From Pseudomonadota bacterium (GTDB taxonomy: Bacteria > Pseudomonadota > Gammaproteobacteria > JAKAQQ01), in assembly GCA_027320085.1 (NCBI GenBank), contig DAHVLZ010000009.1:265017-329016 (forward strand): DNA of 64,000 nucleotides. The letters are read 5' to 3'. This document shows, in pieces, positions 48,915 to 59,102 of this stretch; position 1 is the first letter of the stretch, and the number at the start of each line of letters is the position of its first letter. The position numbers and the translations under genes were made by a program. Under the pieces are notes generated by a model, which saw nothing but the letters and a program-made list of their open reading frames with translations, did not search any database and was not told the DNA's origin.

Positions 48915-51857
48915 ATGCCGTCCCCACCCCCCACCCGGTCACAGCGGCTCTCCTACGCATTCCTCGGTCTTTTTTCCTTGGGGACCCTGGTTCCGGTCGC
49001 GGCTGCTGCCCAGACTCGGACGTCCCACCACGCTCGAACAGGATTGGCCAGTTCATCCGCTGCCTCCTCCCGTGCAACCCATCTCACCCGAATCCGGGTG
49101 ACCGGCTCAAGTCTGGTCACCACCTCCGGGAGGACTCCGACTCCCATTTATGTCATCCGGGGACAAGCGTTGAGCAACGAGGGGTACGTCACAATCGGCC
49201 AAGTGATTTCACGGCTTTCATTCGACGGTTCTGCTGCCAGTTCATCCAGTGCCTTCACGAGCCAGTTCACCAATGGAGGTGAAGCCAATGTGAGCCTGCA
49301 CAGTCTGGGCCATAACCGGGTTCTCGTTTTGGTCAATGGCAAGCGCTGGGTGAGTGGTCTCAAAGGCGATGTCGATCTCAACAGTATTCCGCTGGCCCTT
49401 GTTCGTCGAGTTGAGATTTTTGATGCCAATGGCGGGGCCCGCTACGGTTCGGGTGCTATCGCTGGTGTTGTCGATATCATCACCCGTCGCACCTATCACG
49501 GTTCCACCCTTTCCCTGTACGACGGCATCTACCAAGGGAATGGCCACTGGGGAGGGGCCACACAAGGGCTTTCTTTCTCCACAGGCACTGCCTCAAGAAA
49601 CAGCGGTGTAATCTTTGGCTTCACCTACTTCAATCAAGCTGGAATACCTGCCGGTGACCGGAATATTTCGAGGGAACCGATCGCTGGAACTGGTGTCACA
49701 CGCGGTAGCTTGGCCACCCCACAGGGAACTTTCGAATTTGTGCCCGAAAGTGGTCCACTCACAAACTCCACCCTCTGCCCGACGGCAAAAGGCCAACCGC
49801 TCTGTGATCTGACCCGCATTCCGGGTACCAACGGCTTGAGTCTCACCAACTTCACGCCCTTTACCCAGCTCGATCTCTTCAACCCGGCACCCTTCAACCA
49901 GCTACTTGAGCCGCAGGAACGCACGAGTTTCTACGTCCACGGCTTTCATCACATCAACTCGCGACTCGATTGGACCTTTTCGGCGTTCTACAACCGGCGC
50001 AATTCTTCCCAGCAAACAGCTCCTCCTCTGCTCATCCTGGGGAAAAATGGGTTGGACATTAACATTGCCGCCAATCAGGCCTACAATCCATTCGGCACCG
50101 CCCTGGACTCGAGCGGTCCCAACGCCAACCTGATTTCCCTAGGCAGAGCCATGGTGGAAGATGGCCCATTGCTCCTCACGGAACAGGTCAACATGTTGCG
50201 CCTGTCCACAGGGGTCAAGGGGATTTTTGGTCCCCGATCAGCGCCCTGGCTCTGGAATGCCTATGTCACCTACAGCCAGAATGACGTCACCGACACCAAC
50301 CATGGGCGCTTCAATCTCTCCCACCTAGCGTTTGCCCTGTCTGACCCGACCGCTTGTGCCTCACAACCCGGCTGCGTCCCTCTCAATCTGTTCGGAGGTC
50401 CAGGGACCATTACATCTGCCATGTTGAAATACATCGGGTTTACCGAGGTCAACACGATTGCCAATATCCAGCGCATGGTAGGCGCCAACGTTTCCTCACC
50501 AGGTCTTTGGAATGACGGGGCAGGTCGACTACGGGTCGAGGCTGGATACCAGTTCAGGGACCATGCCGGAAACTCGAGCCCGAATCCGATTGCCCAAGCT
50601 GGCGAGGACAGTGCAAGCCCTGGCATTCCCGTATTGCCGACCGTTGGCAGCTATGCCACCAACTCGGTCTATGCCACTCTGCACCTACCACTCCTAAGGA
50701 AAGTAACAGGGTTCCGCCGATTCAGTCTCGATATTACCCACCGGTACTCGCACTACAATACATTTGGTCCGATCCAGCTCACCCAGATCGCCCTCCATGA
50801 CCGGATCAACCGCTCATTGACCCTCCGTGCGGTATGGGGACAGAGTTTCCGCACCCCGAACCTCCATGAAGCGAGTGCCGCCCTAGTCGACGAACTCGTA
50901 CCGGTCTCCGATCCCTGCAGCAATTATTCCACTGCAACGCCCGCGGTGCAGCGATCCTGCGCTGTGGCCGGAGTTCCCACTTCCTATGTCCAGCCGGAAT
51001 CGACGGTTGAAGAACTGACAGGAGGGAATCCCAATCTCCAGCCTGAAACGGCCATCAACCGAACCCTCGGGTTCGTCTGGACTCCCTCTGCCTTTCCGTT
51101 GGAAGTCGAAGTTGATTACTACCGCATCACGATCAACCAAGCCATCGGCGCCCCCGGAGCACAGGAAGTCCTGAACAGCTGCTACCTGTCAGGCAATCCC
51201 CTGGATTGCACCCGAATCAGCCGTGCCTCGGATGGGGTCATCCAATCAATCAACAATACCGATGCCAACTTGGGCGGGATCATGACCGACGGAGTCGATG
51301 GACTTGCCGAGTACCGGTTCCCTTCGACCACGGTCGGCAGTTTCACGGCCAGTCTGATGATGAGCTGGGTCCACAACTATAAACTCACCTCTCCGGCCTA
51401 TCCTTCCGGGACTGATGTCACAAACCTAGTGGGTGTGGAAAGAGGAGGAACCTCTTTCCCCCTGGGAGTTCCGCGTCTAAAGGCCACCTATGTCATCGAC
51501 TGGAATCGGGGTCCTTACGAAGGTAGTGTTGACTTTCGTTACATCAGTCCGTTGTCCCAATCGTGTAGTGACTTTCTGAACGGAACACCGGAAAGCCTGA
51601 CCGCCCTCGGTCTTTGTTCCGAACCGAACTATCAGAACAACGCGTTCTCGCGAACCGTGCTTAGCAGTGAGTTCTACACTGATCTCCAGTTCGGTTATGA
51701 CATTGCGGCCTGGCAAACAGAAATCCGTTTAGGAATCCGCAACTTATTTGGGCGCCCCCCCCCGGTCTCAACTAATGCAGTCATTGACAGTTACGATCCT
51801 TCCATCTACGACATTCCGGGACGTTTCCTATACGTTGATCTTTCCAGCCAGTTTTAG
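48915..51857 (+). CDS. TonB-dependent outer-membrane receptor
   Basis: It has a signal peptide, a plug domain and a 22-strand barrel. The C-terminus ends ...YVDLSSQF with terminal Phe. The protein is 980 aa. Confidence 0.85.
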   Translation: MPSPPPTRSQRLSYAFLGLFSLGTLVPVAAAAQTRTSHHARTGLASSSAASSRATHLTRIRVTGSSLVTTSGRTPTPIYVIRGQALSNEGYVTIGQVISRLSFDGSAASSSSAFTSQFTNGGEANVSLHSLGHNRVLVLVNGKRWVSGLKGDVDLNSIPLALVRRVEIFDANGGARYGSGAIAGVVDIITRRTYHGSTLSLYDGIYQGNGHWGGATQGLSFSTGTASRNSGVIFGFTYFNQAGIPAGDRNISREPIAGTGVTRGSLATPQGTFEFVPESGPLTNSTLCPTAKGQPLCDLTRIPGTNGLSLTNFTPFTQLDLFNPAPFNQLLEPQERTSFYVHGFHHINSRLDWTFSAFYNRRNSSQQTAPPLLILGKNGLDINIAANQAYNPFGTALDSSGPNANLISLGRAMVEDGPLLLTEQVNMLRLSTGVKGIFGPRSAPWLWNAYVTYSQNDVTDTNHGRFNLSHLAFALSDPTACASQPGCVPLNLFGGPGTITSAMLKYIGFTEVNTIANIQRMVGANVSSPGLWNDGAGRLRVEAGYQFRDHAGNSSPNPIAQAGEDSASPGIPVLPTVGSYATNSVYATLHLPLLRKVTGFRRFSLDITHRYSHYNTFGPIQLTQIALHDRINRSLTLRAVWGQSFRTPNLHEASAALVDELVPVSDPCSNYSTATPAVQRSCAVAGVPTSYVQPESTVEELTGGNPNLQPETAINRTLGFVWTPSAFPLEVEVDYYRITINQAIGAPGAQEVLNSCYLSGNPLDCTRISRASDGVIQSINNTDANLGGIMTDGVDGLAEYRFPSTTVGSFTASLMMSWVHNYKLTSPAYPSGTDVTNLVGVERGGTSFPLGVPRLKATYVIDWNRGPYEGSVDFRYISPLSQSCSDFLNGTPESLTALGLCSEPNYQNNAFSRTVLSSEFYTDLQFGYDIAAWQTEIRLGIRNLFGRPPPVSTNAVIDSYDPSIYDIPGRFLYVDLSSQF

Positions 51858-51935
51858 TGGGAATCGTTGTGAGCAGGACGGTACAATCCTCTCTTAGATG
51901 ATGAGGGGGGGAGTTCTGCCTCAACCCACCAGCCG

Positions 51936-52604
51936 ATGAAGGAACCCTACCCACCCCCCCAAGCGTTATGGCCAACCTCCTTCGATCTGCTTATGGAAAG
52001 GGTCCGACAGTGCCAACATTGTGCTGGCCAGATTCCCGAACCGCGTCCCGTCGTACGGGCCCATCCACAGGCCCGTCTCCTCATCGTCGGGCAGGCCCCA
52101 GGACTTCGGGTTCACCAGACGGGAATTCCTTGGAATGATCCCAGCGGTGAGACCCTACGCCACTGGCTACAAATCGAGCGTGCGTGCTTTTATGACCCGA
52201 CGAAAGTGGCCATCCTGCCAGTCGGATTTTGCTATCCCGGGAGAGGACCCCATGGAGATTTCCCTCCCCGCCCGGAATGTGCGATTCTTTGGCGGGGCTC
52301 CCTCCTTAGGCAACTCCCGAACCGCAAACTGACCCTCCTGATCGGCCGCTATGCACACCACCTCTATCAAGCTGAAACCCGGACCTTGAGTGTGTCGGAG
52401 ACCGTTCGCCAAGCGCACTGCTGGCTCCCCCAATTTTTCATGCTTCCGCATCCCTCACCCCGCAACCGGCTCTGGCTCCGCAAGCATCCCTGGTTCGAAA
52501 AAGAAACCCTGCCAAGACTGAGAACCATCCTCGAGTCCATCTGGGAGCCTAGTTCGGAACCCCCACAACCCTTCCCCTCTCTCAAGCAAGGAGTTCGACT
52601 GTGA
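51936..52604 (+). CDS. Uracil-DNA glycosylase superfamily protein (family-4-like)
   Basis: CxxC...GQAPG sits at the motif-A position, and the fold length is ~220 aa. Confidence 0.6.
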   Translation: MKEPYPPPQALWPTSFDLLMERVRQCQHCAGQIPEPRPVVRAHPQARLLIVGQAPGLRVHQTGIPWNDPSGETLRHWLQIERACFYDPTKVAILPVGFCYPGRGPHGDFPPRPECAILWRGSLLRQLPNRKLTLLIGRYAHHLYQAETRTLSVSETVRQAHCWLPQFFMLPHPSPRNRLWLRKHPWFEKETLPRLRTILESIWEPSSEPPQPFPSLKQGVRL

Positions 52605-53407
52605 TTCCGGTTTACCACGTTGATGTTTTTACTTCCGAATTGTTCCGGGGGAACCCGGCAGCGGTCTGCACCCTTACGAGCTGGTTACCCGATGAACTCC
52701 TCCTCGCCATTGCCGTGGAAAACCAGTGCCCCGAGACCGCCTACTGCATCTTGGGTCACAACCCCATACCTTTGCGCTGGTTTTCCCCACGCACTGAAGT
52801 TCCACTCTGCGGACATGCCACCCTAGCAACCGGTTTTGCCCTGCTCACCTTGGACCCAGGTCGTCGTCAAATTGATTTTGAAACCGCAAGCGGCCCCCTC
52901 TTTGTCGAGCGTGCCGGCACACACTATGCGTTGGACCTCCCTGCAATCAGTCTCGGTGATCCGCTGCCTGAGGAACTCTCTGAACGTCTCCTGTCAGGCC
53001 TTGGCATCCCGTCCGCAACGGGAACCTGCTTCGGCAACAACCGTCATCTCGTTGCCATTCTTGAACACCAAAGCGACGTCGAGCAGGCCCGGCCGGATTT
53101 TCCAGAACTCATGGCCTTGGATTCGCGGGATATCCTGATCACGGCCCCCGGCATCCAGCACGATTTTGTTTCACGCTACTTCGCCCCTACGATCGGCATT
53201 CCGGAGGATCCAGTTACAGGCTCGGCTCACGGCCTGCTGATCCCTTACTGGTCCAAACGATTGGGCCGTCAAGTGCTGAGTGCACGCCAATGTTCGCCAC
53301 GAGGGGGCGAACTGAGCGGGGAATGGCGGGGTGACCGGGTCCGTCTGGAGGGAGATTGCAGACTTTACCTGCGGGGAGAAATTCTAATCGACGGTAGCCC
53401 TTTCTAG
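52601..53407 (+). CDS. PhzF-family isomerase
   Basis: The N-terminus MIPVYHVDVFTSELFRGNPAAVC is canonical PhzF. The start overlaps the upstream stop. Confidence 0.8.
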   Translation: MIPVYHVDVFTSELFRGNPAAVCTLTSWLPDELLLAIAVENQCPETAYCILGHNPIPLRWFSPRTEVPLCGHATLATGFALLTLDPGRRQIDFETASGPLFVERAGTHYALDLPAISLGDPLPEELSERLLSGLGIPSATGTCFGNNRHLVAILEHQSDVEQARPDFPELMALDSRDILITAPGIQHDFVSRYFAPTIGIPEDPVTGSAHGLLIPYWSKRLGRQVLSARQCSPRGGELSGEWRGDRVRLEGDCRLYLRGEILIDGSPF

Positions 53408-53416
53408 ACCGGAAGA

Positions 53417-54784
53417 TCAGGTTTCGGGACTTTTTATGGGTAGACGCCGATGGGTACGCTTCCAGATCCAATAGACCGGGATACCCATCAGGGTGAGCCC
53501 CAAGCTCACTAGCACATCGAAGGGTTTCTGCCATAGAGCACCCAGAAGCACCAGAATGGAAGCCAGGAGAAAAGCCCCCGGCACCCAGGGATAGCCCCAA
53601 ACCCGGTAAGGGCGCTCAAGATGAGGACGCTTCTGGCGGAGCCAGAATAATCCGAGGACAGACAACATCAGAAAAGGCCAGATTCCAAGCACATAGGCGG
53701 CAGCCAAGTCAGCAAAGCTCCGAAATGTGACAAAAATGATGGCCAGCACGGCATCCATGAGAATCGCCACATGGGGGGTATGAAACCGGGGATGGGCACG
53801 CCCAACATTCCGGAAAAACAGACCGTCCTCGGCCATGGCATAGAACACCCGAGGGTCGGACATGATACTTCCGTTCAGTGACCCCAAAACGGAAACCATG
53901 ACCAAGAGGGCAACGGCAACGGTGGCGAATGATCCGCCGAACGATGCCAGTGATGCAACAGCCACGGAAGGATGAGCCGCCACACCGGACAGAGACAGAA
54001 TATGGAGATAACCCCCATTGATGCCGAGGTAGAGTACGAGCACGAGGAGGGTTCCGACAATCAGGGAGAGCGGCAGGTTCCGTTCCGGCTCACGCACTTC
54101 ACCTGACAGCGCGGTCAGGTTTTCCCAGCCGTCATAGGCCCAGAGGACTGCAAGAAGCGCCAACATCAATCCACCGAAAACACCAGGACTTGAAGGGGCG
54201 GTCGGAACAGGCGGTAACCGCGGCGCGGTGGATACGGCCGGGTGTACCCAGAACCAGAGCAGGAATCCAAGGCCGAGCAGGGTGACCAGCTTGATCGAGC
54301 CAAACACATTCTGCACCCGTGCCCCCATTCCGACCGAACGGATCTGGATCAGGGCTACACCGGCAATCAGCAGAGCAGACGCCAAGTGGCGCGCAGTACT
54401 GCCCATTGGCAAAAATGTCGCCAGATACTCTGAAAAGATGAGCGACTGAGCCGCCCAGGAGATCGGATCGGTCAGCAGCCACATCCAACCGAAGAGGAAG
54501 GCAGGTACCCGGCCGAAGGCTTCCCGAATATAAACGTAAAGGCCTCCAGCATGAGGATAGAGAGCCGCCAATTCCGCGATCGACAATGCCCCGCAAAGAG
54601 CAATGATGCCTCCCGCAATCCAGACCCCATAGAACAGAAGTGGCGAATCGACATCCAGGGCAACTATCGATGGGACACGGTAGAGCCCTGTTCCAATCAC
54701 GATACCCAAAACGACCATGATCCCGGTGAAGGGGCCCAAACGCCTCACTAGGCCGGTTTTTTCAGCTGCCACTTCTCCGTTCAT
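53417..54784 (-). CDS. APC-family amino acid transporter
   Basis: A 455-aa protein with 12 TM helices. Confidence 0.75.
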   Translation of the reverse strand: MNGEVAAEKTGLVRRLGPFTGIMVVLGIVIGTGLYRVPSIVALDVDSPLLFYGVWIAGGIIALCGALSIAELAALYPHAGGLYVYIREAFGRVPAFLFGWMWLLTDPISWAAQSLIFSEYLATFLPMGSTARHLASALLIAGVALIQIRSVGMGARVQNVFGSIKLVTLLGLGFLLWFWVHPAVSTAPRLPPVPTAPSSPGVFGGLMLALLAVLWAYDGWENLTALSGEVREPERNLPLSLIVGTLLVLVLYLGINGGYLHILSLSGVAAHPSVAVASLASFGGSFATVAVALLVMVSVLGSLNGSIMSDPRVFYAMAEDGLFFRNVGRAHPRFHTPHVAILMDAVLAIIFVTFRSFADLAAAYVLGIWPFLMLSVLGLFWLRQKRPHLERPYRVWGYPWVPGAFLLASILVLLGALWQKPFDVLVSLGLTLMGIPVYWIWKRTHRRLPIKSPET

Positions 54785-55776
54785 GATCGGGGATCCTTCC
54801 AGTGGTGCTGGGTCTTGGTACTACGCTTCGGTTGGAGCAGGCTGGGTCTTGCGCTTGAGTTTTCAAGATCTCCCTTCCGGATCGACTGATGCTGGATCCC
54901 ACCTCGCGCGTGGGTCACCCACTCAAAGTCGACGCCGGTCCGTTCTGAAAAGCGGGCACTAATCTCGAGTCCCAACTCTTCGCCCGGAACGAGTTGAAGG
55001 GGCTCCAAAACGGGTGCGAAAATCTGTTCCCAATGGGTGGTAGGGGAATCGGGTGCAGTCGAGAGGACGACTCCATCAATCAGGTCGGCAGTCCACCACA
55101 TCGCAAACCCAAAGACCCATCCGGTCTGTTCGAACCGCCAATCCACTCGGCACCGTCTTCGGCTCCGGTAGCGGGTACCAAAATCAATCCGATCCCAGAC
55201 GCGCGCAGGTGGGATTCCTGCGAAGTCAGCCGACTGAAAGGTTCGAACATAGAGGTTCTGGCGGCTCAAATGGCTGAGGGGCGTCAAGTCCAGATCCATA
55301 CCGTCGGCCCTCCAGGGGTCGAGTTCAGCCCAAAAACGGGCGCTCCCGACCGGCCGGATATACAGGGTCAGCGCATTCGGTATACGGATTCCGCCCGGTA
55401 CCAGAAACCGTCGCGCATCCCACAAAACCTCTCCGATTCCTTCCTCAAGCCCTAAATTGCCCAAGGTCTCGGAAACTACGAGATCAACCGGCTCCGGGTC
55501 CAGAATCGACCTCGAATCCTCAGCGAAAACCTCGATCCGTGAAAGGCGGTTGCGACGCACAAGGAATTCCGAGAGTTTCGCCAGCGGAATTTCCCGCTCA
55601 TAAAGTGTGGTCGAACGCGCCCCCAAGGCATCAGACATGAATCCCAGCCATCCGGTTCCGGAACCCAGGTCCGCCACGCGGGTTACACCCGGCTGGATTG
55701 CCATTTTCAGGGCCTGGCAGAACGCCTCATTTCGGACACGGTCAGCCGCTAGGCGGCGATGGTAGTCGATCAGCAT
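54781..55776 (-). CDS. Protein arginine N-methyltransferase-like class I SAM methyltransferase
   Basis: Motif I reads VADLGSGTGWLG. A PRMT-specific THW loop is present (TTHWEQ). The 3' end overlaps the downstream permease start (ATGA). Confidence 0.6.
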   Translation of the reverse strand: MLIDYHRRLAADRVRNEAFCQALKMAIQPGVTRVADLGSGTGWLGFMSDALGARSTTLYEREIPLAKLSEFLVRRNRLSRIEVFAEDSRSILDPEPVDLVVSETLGNLGLEEGIGEVLWDARRFLVPGGIRIPNALTLYIRPVGSARFWAELDPWRADGMDLDLTPLSHLSRQNLYVRTFQSADFAGIPPARVWDRIDFGTRYRSRRRCRVDWRFEQTGWVFGFAMWWTADLIDGVVLSTAPDSPTTHWEQIFAPVLEPLQLVPGEELGLEISARFSERTGVDFEWVTHARGGIQHQSIRKGDLENSSARPSLLQPKRSTKTQHHWKDPRS

Positions 55777-55830
55777 GAAACGGGTTCCCCAAGAGCGAGG
55801 GGCTTGCTTGACAAGAGATTCCGCATCATT

Positions 55831-56424
55831 ATGATAAAAAGCGGTCAGGAGTGCTCACCCACGCGTAAACGGACCTGGCAGATTGCAGGCGCGATAATCC
55901 TCTCCGGAGGATTAGGTTCCTCGGCGGGTTGTGCCGTGAGTCCATTTCGCGCCTTTCACCCCGAGATTCAATCTGCACGGGTCCGGGCAAGCCCTATCTG
56001 GATCTATCAGGTTACCCTGCCGGGTGTGCTTCGGAACCCCGAGCACCAGCTGGTTGTCCCTGTCGACGTAACCTTCATCAATACCAGCCGGGAGCCGATC
56101 AACAAAATCCAGTTCGTATATCTCACCTACGACAGTCTCGGGATACTTCGTCGCGATCGCCAGAACAATCTGCCCTTGGCGCTTGTGTTGCGTGTCCCGG
56201 GCCCCTTCGAACCGGGGCATGCCTACGAAGTAGATACCCAGCCCGAAGGACTACCGGGTCTCGGTACCTCATGCATTCGGCTGGTTTCACTATCGATCCA
56301 CTGGCCAGATCGTGCCGTCAGAATCCACGGCAAGGCCTTGACCCAAGACCTTGCCCCCATACTGAGGAAGCATTGCGCAGACCTCGGACCCGCCATTTTT
56401 GTCCGTTCACAGGGCGGACGCTAG
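55831..56424 (+). CDS. Hypothetical lipoprotein
   Basis: The lipobox is LGSSAGC. I recognise no family. Confidence 0.4.
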   Translation: MIKSGQECSPTRKRTWQIAGAIILSGGLGSSAGCAVSPFRAFHPEIQSARVRASPIWIYQVTLPGVLRNPEHQLVVPVDVTFINTSREPINKIQFVYLTYDSLGILRRDRQNNLPLALVLRVPGPFEPGHAYEVDTQPEGLPGLGTSCIRLVSLSIHWPDRAVRIHGKALTQDLAPILRKHCADLGPAIFVRSQGGR

Positions 56425-56442
56425 GAAACCGTGGCAAACTGA

Positions 56443-56991
56443 TCAGCCGGCCGTCTTTTGATCAAAATCCTTTAGAATCAATAGCGTGAGATCATAGTGA
56501 GGCTCCGCATAGACGGTCCCCTCAGCCGTATCGAAAATGATGGCAAAACGATGGGCTTGGGCATATTTTTTGATCAGGACCAAAAGACGGGTACGAATGG
56601 GGTTCAACAGCGCCACACGCTTGGCCTCGATACGCGAGTGTGTTTTCTCGTAGAGATTCCGGAGCGCCAGCTCACCCCGCTGGTAGGCAGCAATGTTCTT
56701 CTTCTGCTGTGCCTTCGTTTCGTGCGGAAGGTTCTTGCGCAGGAGTGTCTCTTCGAGGTGAAGTCGGTCCTGTGCCCGCTTGAAAGCCGCCGCTTGGCTT
56801 TTCACGTAGCTTTTAAGCTCATGTGAGGCCGCTTGGCCCTCGGTAGAGTGAGAAACGATGTAGAGAAGGTTGATGACACCGATCTTCTCGGATTGGGCTT
56901 TGGCAGGATGCAAGGCGGACACCCCCATCCCTAAGCCAGCGATCAAGGCAACAATGACGGTGGTCTGACGCACGGTACGCATGGACTTCAA
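56443..56991 (-). CDS. OmpH/Skp-family periplasmic chaperone
   Basis: A signal peptide is followed by a ~150-aa coiled-coil with the OmpH pattern (KIGVINL...FAIIFD). Confidence 0.7.
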   Translation of the reverse strand: MKSMRTVRQTTVIVALIAGLGMGVSALHPAKAQSEKIGVINLLYIVSHSTEGQAASHELKSYVKSQAAAFKRAQDRLHLEETLLRKNLPHETKAQQKKNIAAYQRGELALRNLYEKTHSRIEAKRVALLNPIRTRLLVLIKKYAQAHRFAIIFDTAEGTVYAEPHYDLTLLILKDFDQKTAG

Positions 56992-57199
56992 TACTCCAGC
57001 TGTCGCGGGATATCGTGGATTTTAAGGACTGCGATCTTGGGCCCCCCGGGAAACCAAATGGTTCCACAGGCCTACCCAACATGGGCTAGTCTACCAGACT
57101 GGCGGCAAAACCGGTCTTCGAGCTAGATCGTACCTAGGCTCCATATGACAGGACGGGCTAAAATGGCCTTGCCTTGGTACCCCATAACCTAGCCTGGAC

Positions 57200-57979
57200 A
57201 TGTCAATCACTTTGGCCAGTTGGAACGTCAATTCGGTTCGTGCCCGCTTGGAACAAATCAAAGACTGGGTGCATCTGCGTCCGGTCGACATTTTGGCGCT
57301 ACAAGAAACCAAGGTAGTCGATGCAGATTTCCCCCGTGAGATTCTAGGATCTTTCGGCTACACCGACATCCTCTCCTCGGGCCAACCCTCCTACAATGGG
57401 GTCGCACTCCTGAGCCGGCGCCCCCTGATTGGCCCCCTTGAGACCGTGCTGGATCCCCTTCCTCTGGACTGCCGTTACCTCTCCGCTGAGATCCCTGAGA
57501 GTTTTTATCTCATCGACATTTACGCACCGAATGGCGAATCGCTGCAGTCGTCAAAGTTTTCCCACAAGCTCACCTGGTACGAACGACTGATCGCTCATCT
57601 CGAACACCTGCTCCCCCAACATCCCAAAATTGCCTTGGTCGGAGATTTCAATGTCGCACCCACCGACCTCGATGTCCATGACCCTGAGGCTTGGCAGGAT
57701 TCGGTCTTGACCGACAACCGGGCAAGAGACGCCCTCCGAGCTCTCGAGCGTCTGGGTTTCCAGGATGCCTTCCGCCTTCTCTACCCGACGGAATCGGTTT
57801 TCTCTTGGTGGGATTATCGGGGGGCAGCCCTAAGGCGCAACGAAGGTCTCCGGATTGACCTCATTCTATTGTCAAAAGCTCTCGTCCCCCATCTTCGAGC
57901 GGCGGGAATCGATACAGATATTCGACGTCATGCCCGACCCTCTGATCATGTACCGGTCTGGGCTGAATTCAAACCATGA
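57200..57979 (+). CDS. xth: Exodeoxyribonuclease III
   Basis: MSITLASWNVNSVRARL...LALQETK...GDFN...DHVP are EEP-family ExoIII motifs. Confidence 0.9.
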   Translation: MSITLASWNVNSVRARLEQIKDWVHLRPVDILALQETKVVDADFPREILGSFGYTDILSSGQPSYNGVALLSRRPLIGPLETVLDPLPLDCRYLSAEIPESFYLIDIYAPNGESLQSSKFSHKLTWYERLIAHLEHLLPQHPKIALVGDFNVAPTDLDVHDPEAWQDSVLTDNRARDALRALERLGFQDAFRLLYPTESVFSWWDYRGAALRRNEGLRIDLILLSKALVPHLRAAGIDTDIRRHARPSDHVPVWAEFKP

Positions 57980-58353
57980 ATACCCCACGGACTTGGCCGA
58001 CCGAAATCCGCCTAGATCATAAGCGGACATGCCTGTCGGTCCGGTTCGGTGACGGGCACTCCTTCAGGTTCCCCTGTGATTACCTGCGTGTCTTCAGCCC
58101 CTCAGCGGAAACAGGAGCAGCCATTGGCCGAGACCCCCAGCTTTGGGTCCGGGTTCCCGCGACCCTGCGCATCCGTTCGATTGAGCCAGTAGGCCGTTAT
58201 GCGGTTCGCATCGTCTTCGAGGATGGCCATGACAGCGGGATCTATGCTTACGATTTTCTACGCGAGCTTGGCGAAACCCAAGTCGAACGCTGGTCCCGTT
58301 ACCTGTACTATCTTGAATCGGTGCAAACCTCTTCGCGTGAGGGTTCAACATGA
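57976..58353 (+). CDS. DUF971-domain protein
   Basis: It is ~125 aa with EIRLDHKRTCLSVRFGDGHSFRFPCDYLRV. The start overlaps the xth stop and the end overlaps the ubiE start. Confidence 0.55.
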   Translation: MNTPRTWPTEIRLDHKRTCLSVRFGDGHSFRFPCDYLRVFSPSAETGAAIGRDPQLWVRVPATLRIRSIEPVGRYAVRIVFEDGHDSGIYAYDFLRELGETQVERWSRYLYYLESVQTSSREGST

Positions 58354-59102
58354 ACTCAGGCGATCCCTCGACCCATTTTGGATTTGAAACAGTCACCCCA
58401 GAAGAAAAGACCCGCCGGGTGCGGCAGGTCTTTGAATCCGTGGCCCCCCGCTATGATGTCATGAACGATCTCATGTCCATCGGCCTGCACCGGGTCTGGA
58501 AATCGTTTCTCGGGGCCATAAGTCCGAGCTATCCAGCTCCACGGATCCTGGACTTGGCATCCGGAACAGGCGACCTCGTGCGAGTTTTGCGTCATCGCTA
58601 TGGACCTAGCGTGGAGCTTATTGCCTCCGACATCAATCCTTTCATGCTGGCTCAAGGCCAGGAACGGAAGCATGCTTCCACCCGATCCCTAGCCAGCCTC
58701 TATGTGCAAGCCGATGCCGAGCAGCTACCATTCCCCTCAGGCTACTTCGACCTCGTTACGCTGGCTTTTGGCCTTCGCAACATGACTCATCCCGATAAGG
58801 CGCTCACCGAAATCCATCGCGTTCTCAGGGTCGGCGGGGTGACCCTCATTCTTGAATTTTCCCACCCGCGGGGCCGGGTTTTCCAGCGACTCTACGACAC
58901 GTACTCCTTCGAGATCTTGCCACGTCTGGGCCGCTGGATCGCCCAAGACGAAGCCAGTTATCGTTATCTTGCTGAATCCATTCGCCGCCATCCGGACCAG
59001 GAGACTCTAAAACTCATGATGCAGGAATCCGGACTGGCCCGTGTGGAGTACTTCAACCTGTGTCGTGGAATTGTGGCACTGCATCGGGGCTACCATCTGT
59101 GA
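58350..59102 (+). CDS. ubiE: Ubiquinone/menaquinone C-methyltransferase
   Basis: THFGFETV...VFESVAPRYDVMNDLMS(I)GLHRVWK is the hallmark UbiE N-terminus. SAM motifs are present. Confidence 0.9.
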   Translation: MNSGDPSTHFGFETVTPEEKTRRVRQVFESVAPRYDVMNDLMSIGLHRVWKSFLGAISPSYPAPRILDLASGTGDLVRVLRHRYGPSVELIASDINPFMLAQGQERKHASTRSLASLYVQADAEQLPFPSGYFDLVTLAFGLRNMTHPDKALTEIHRVLRVGGVTLILEFSHPRGRVFQRLYDTYSFEILPRLGRWIAQDEASYRYLAESIRRHPDQETLKLMMQESGLARVEYFNLCRGIVALHRGYHL

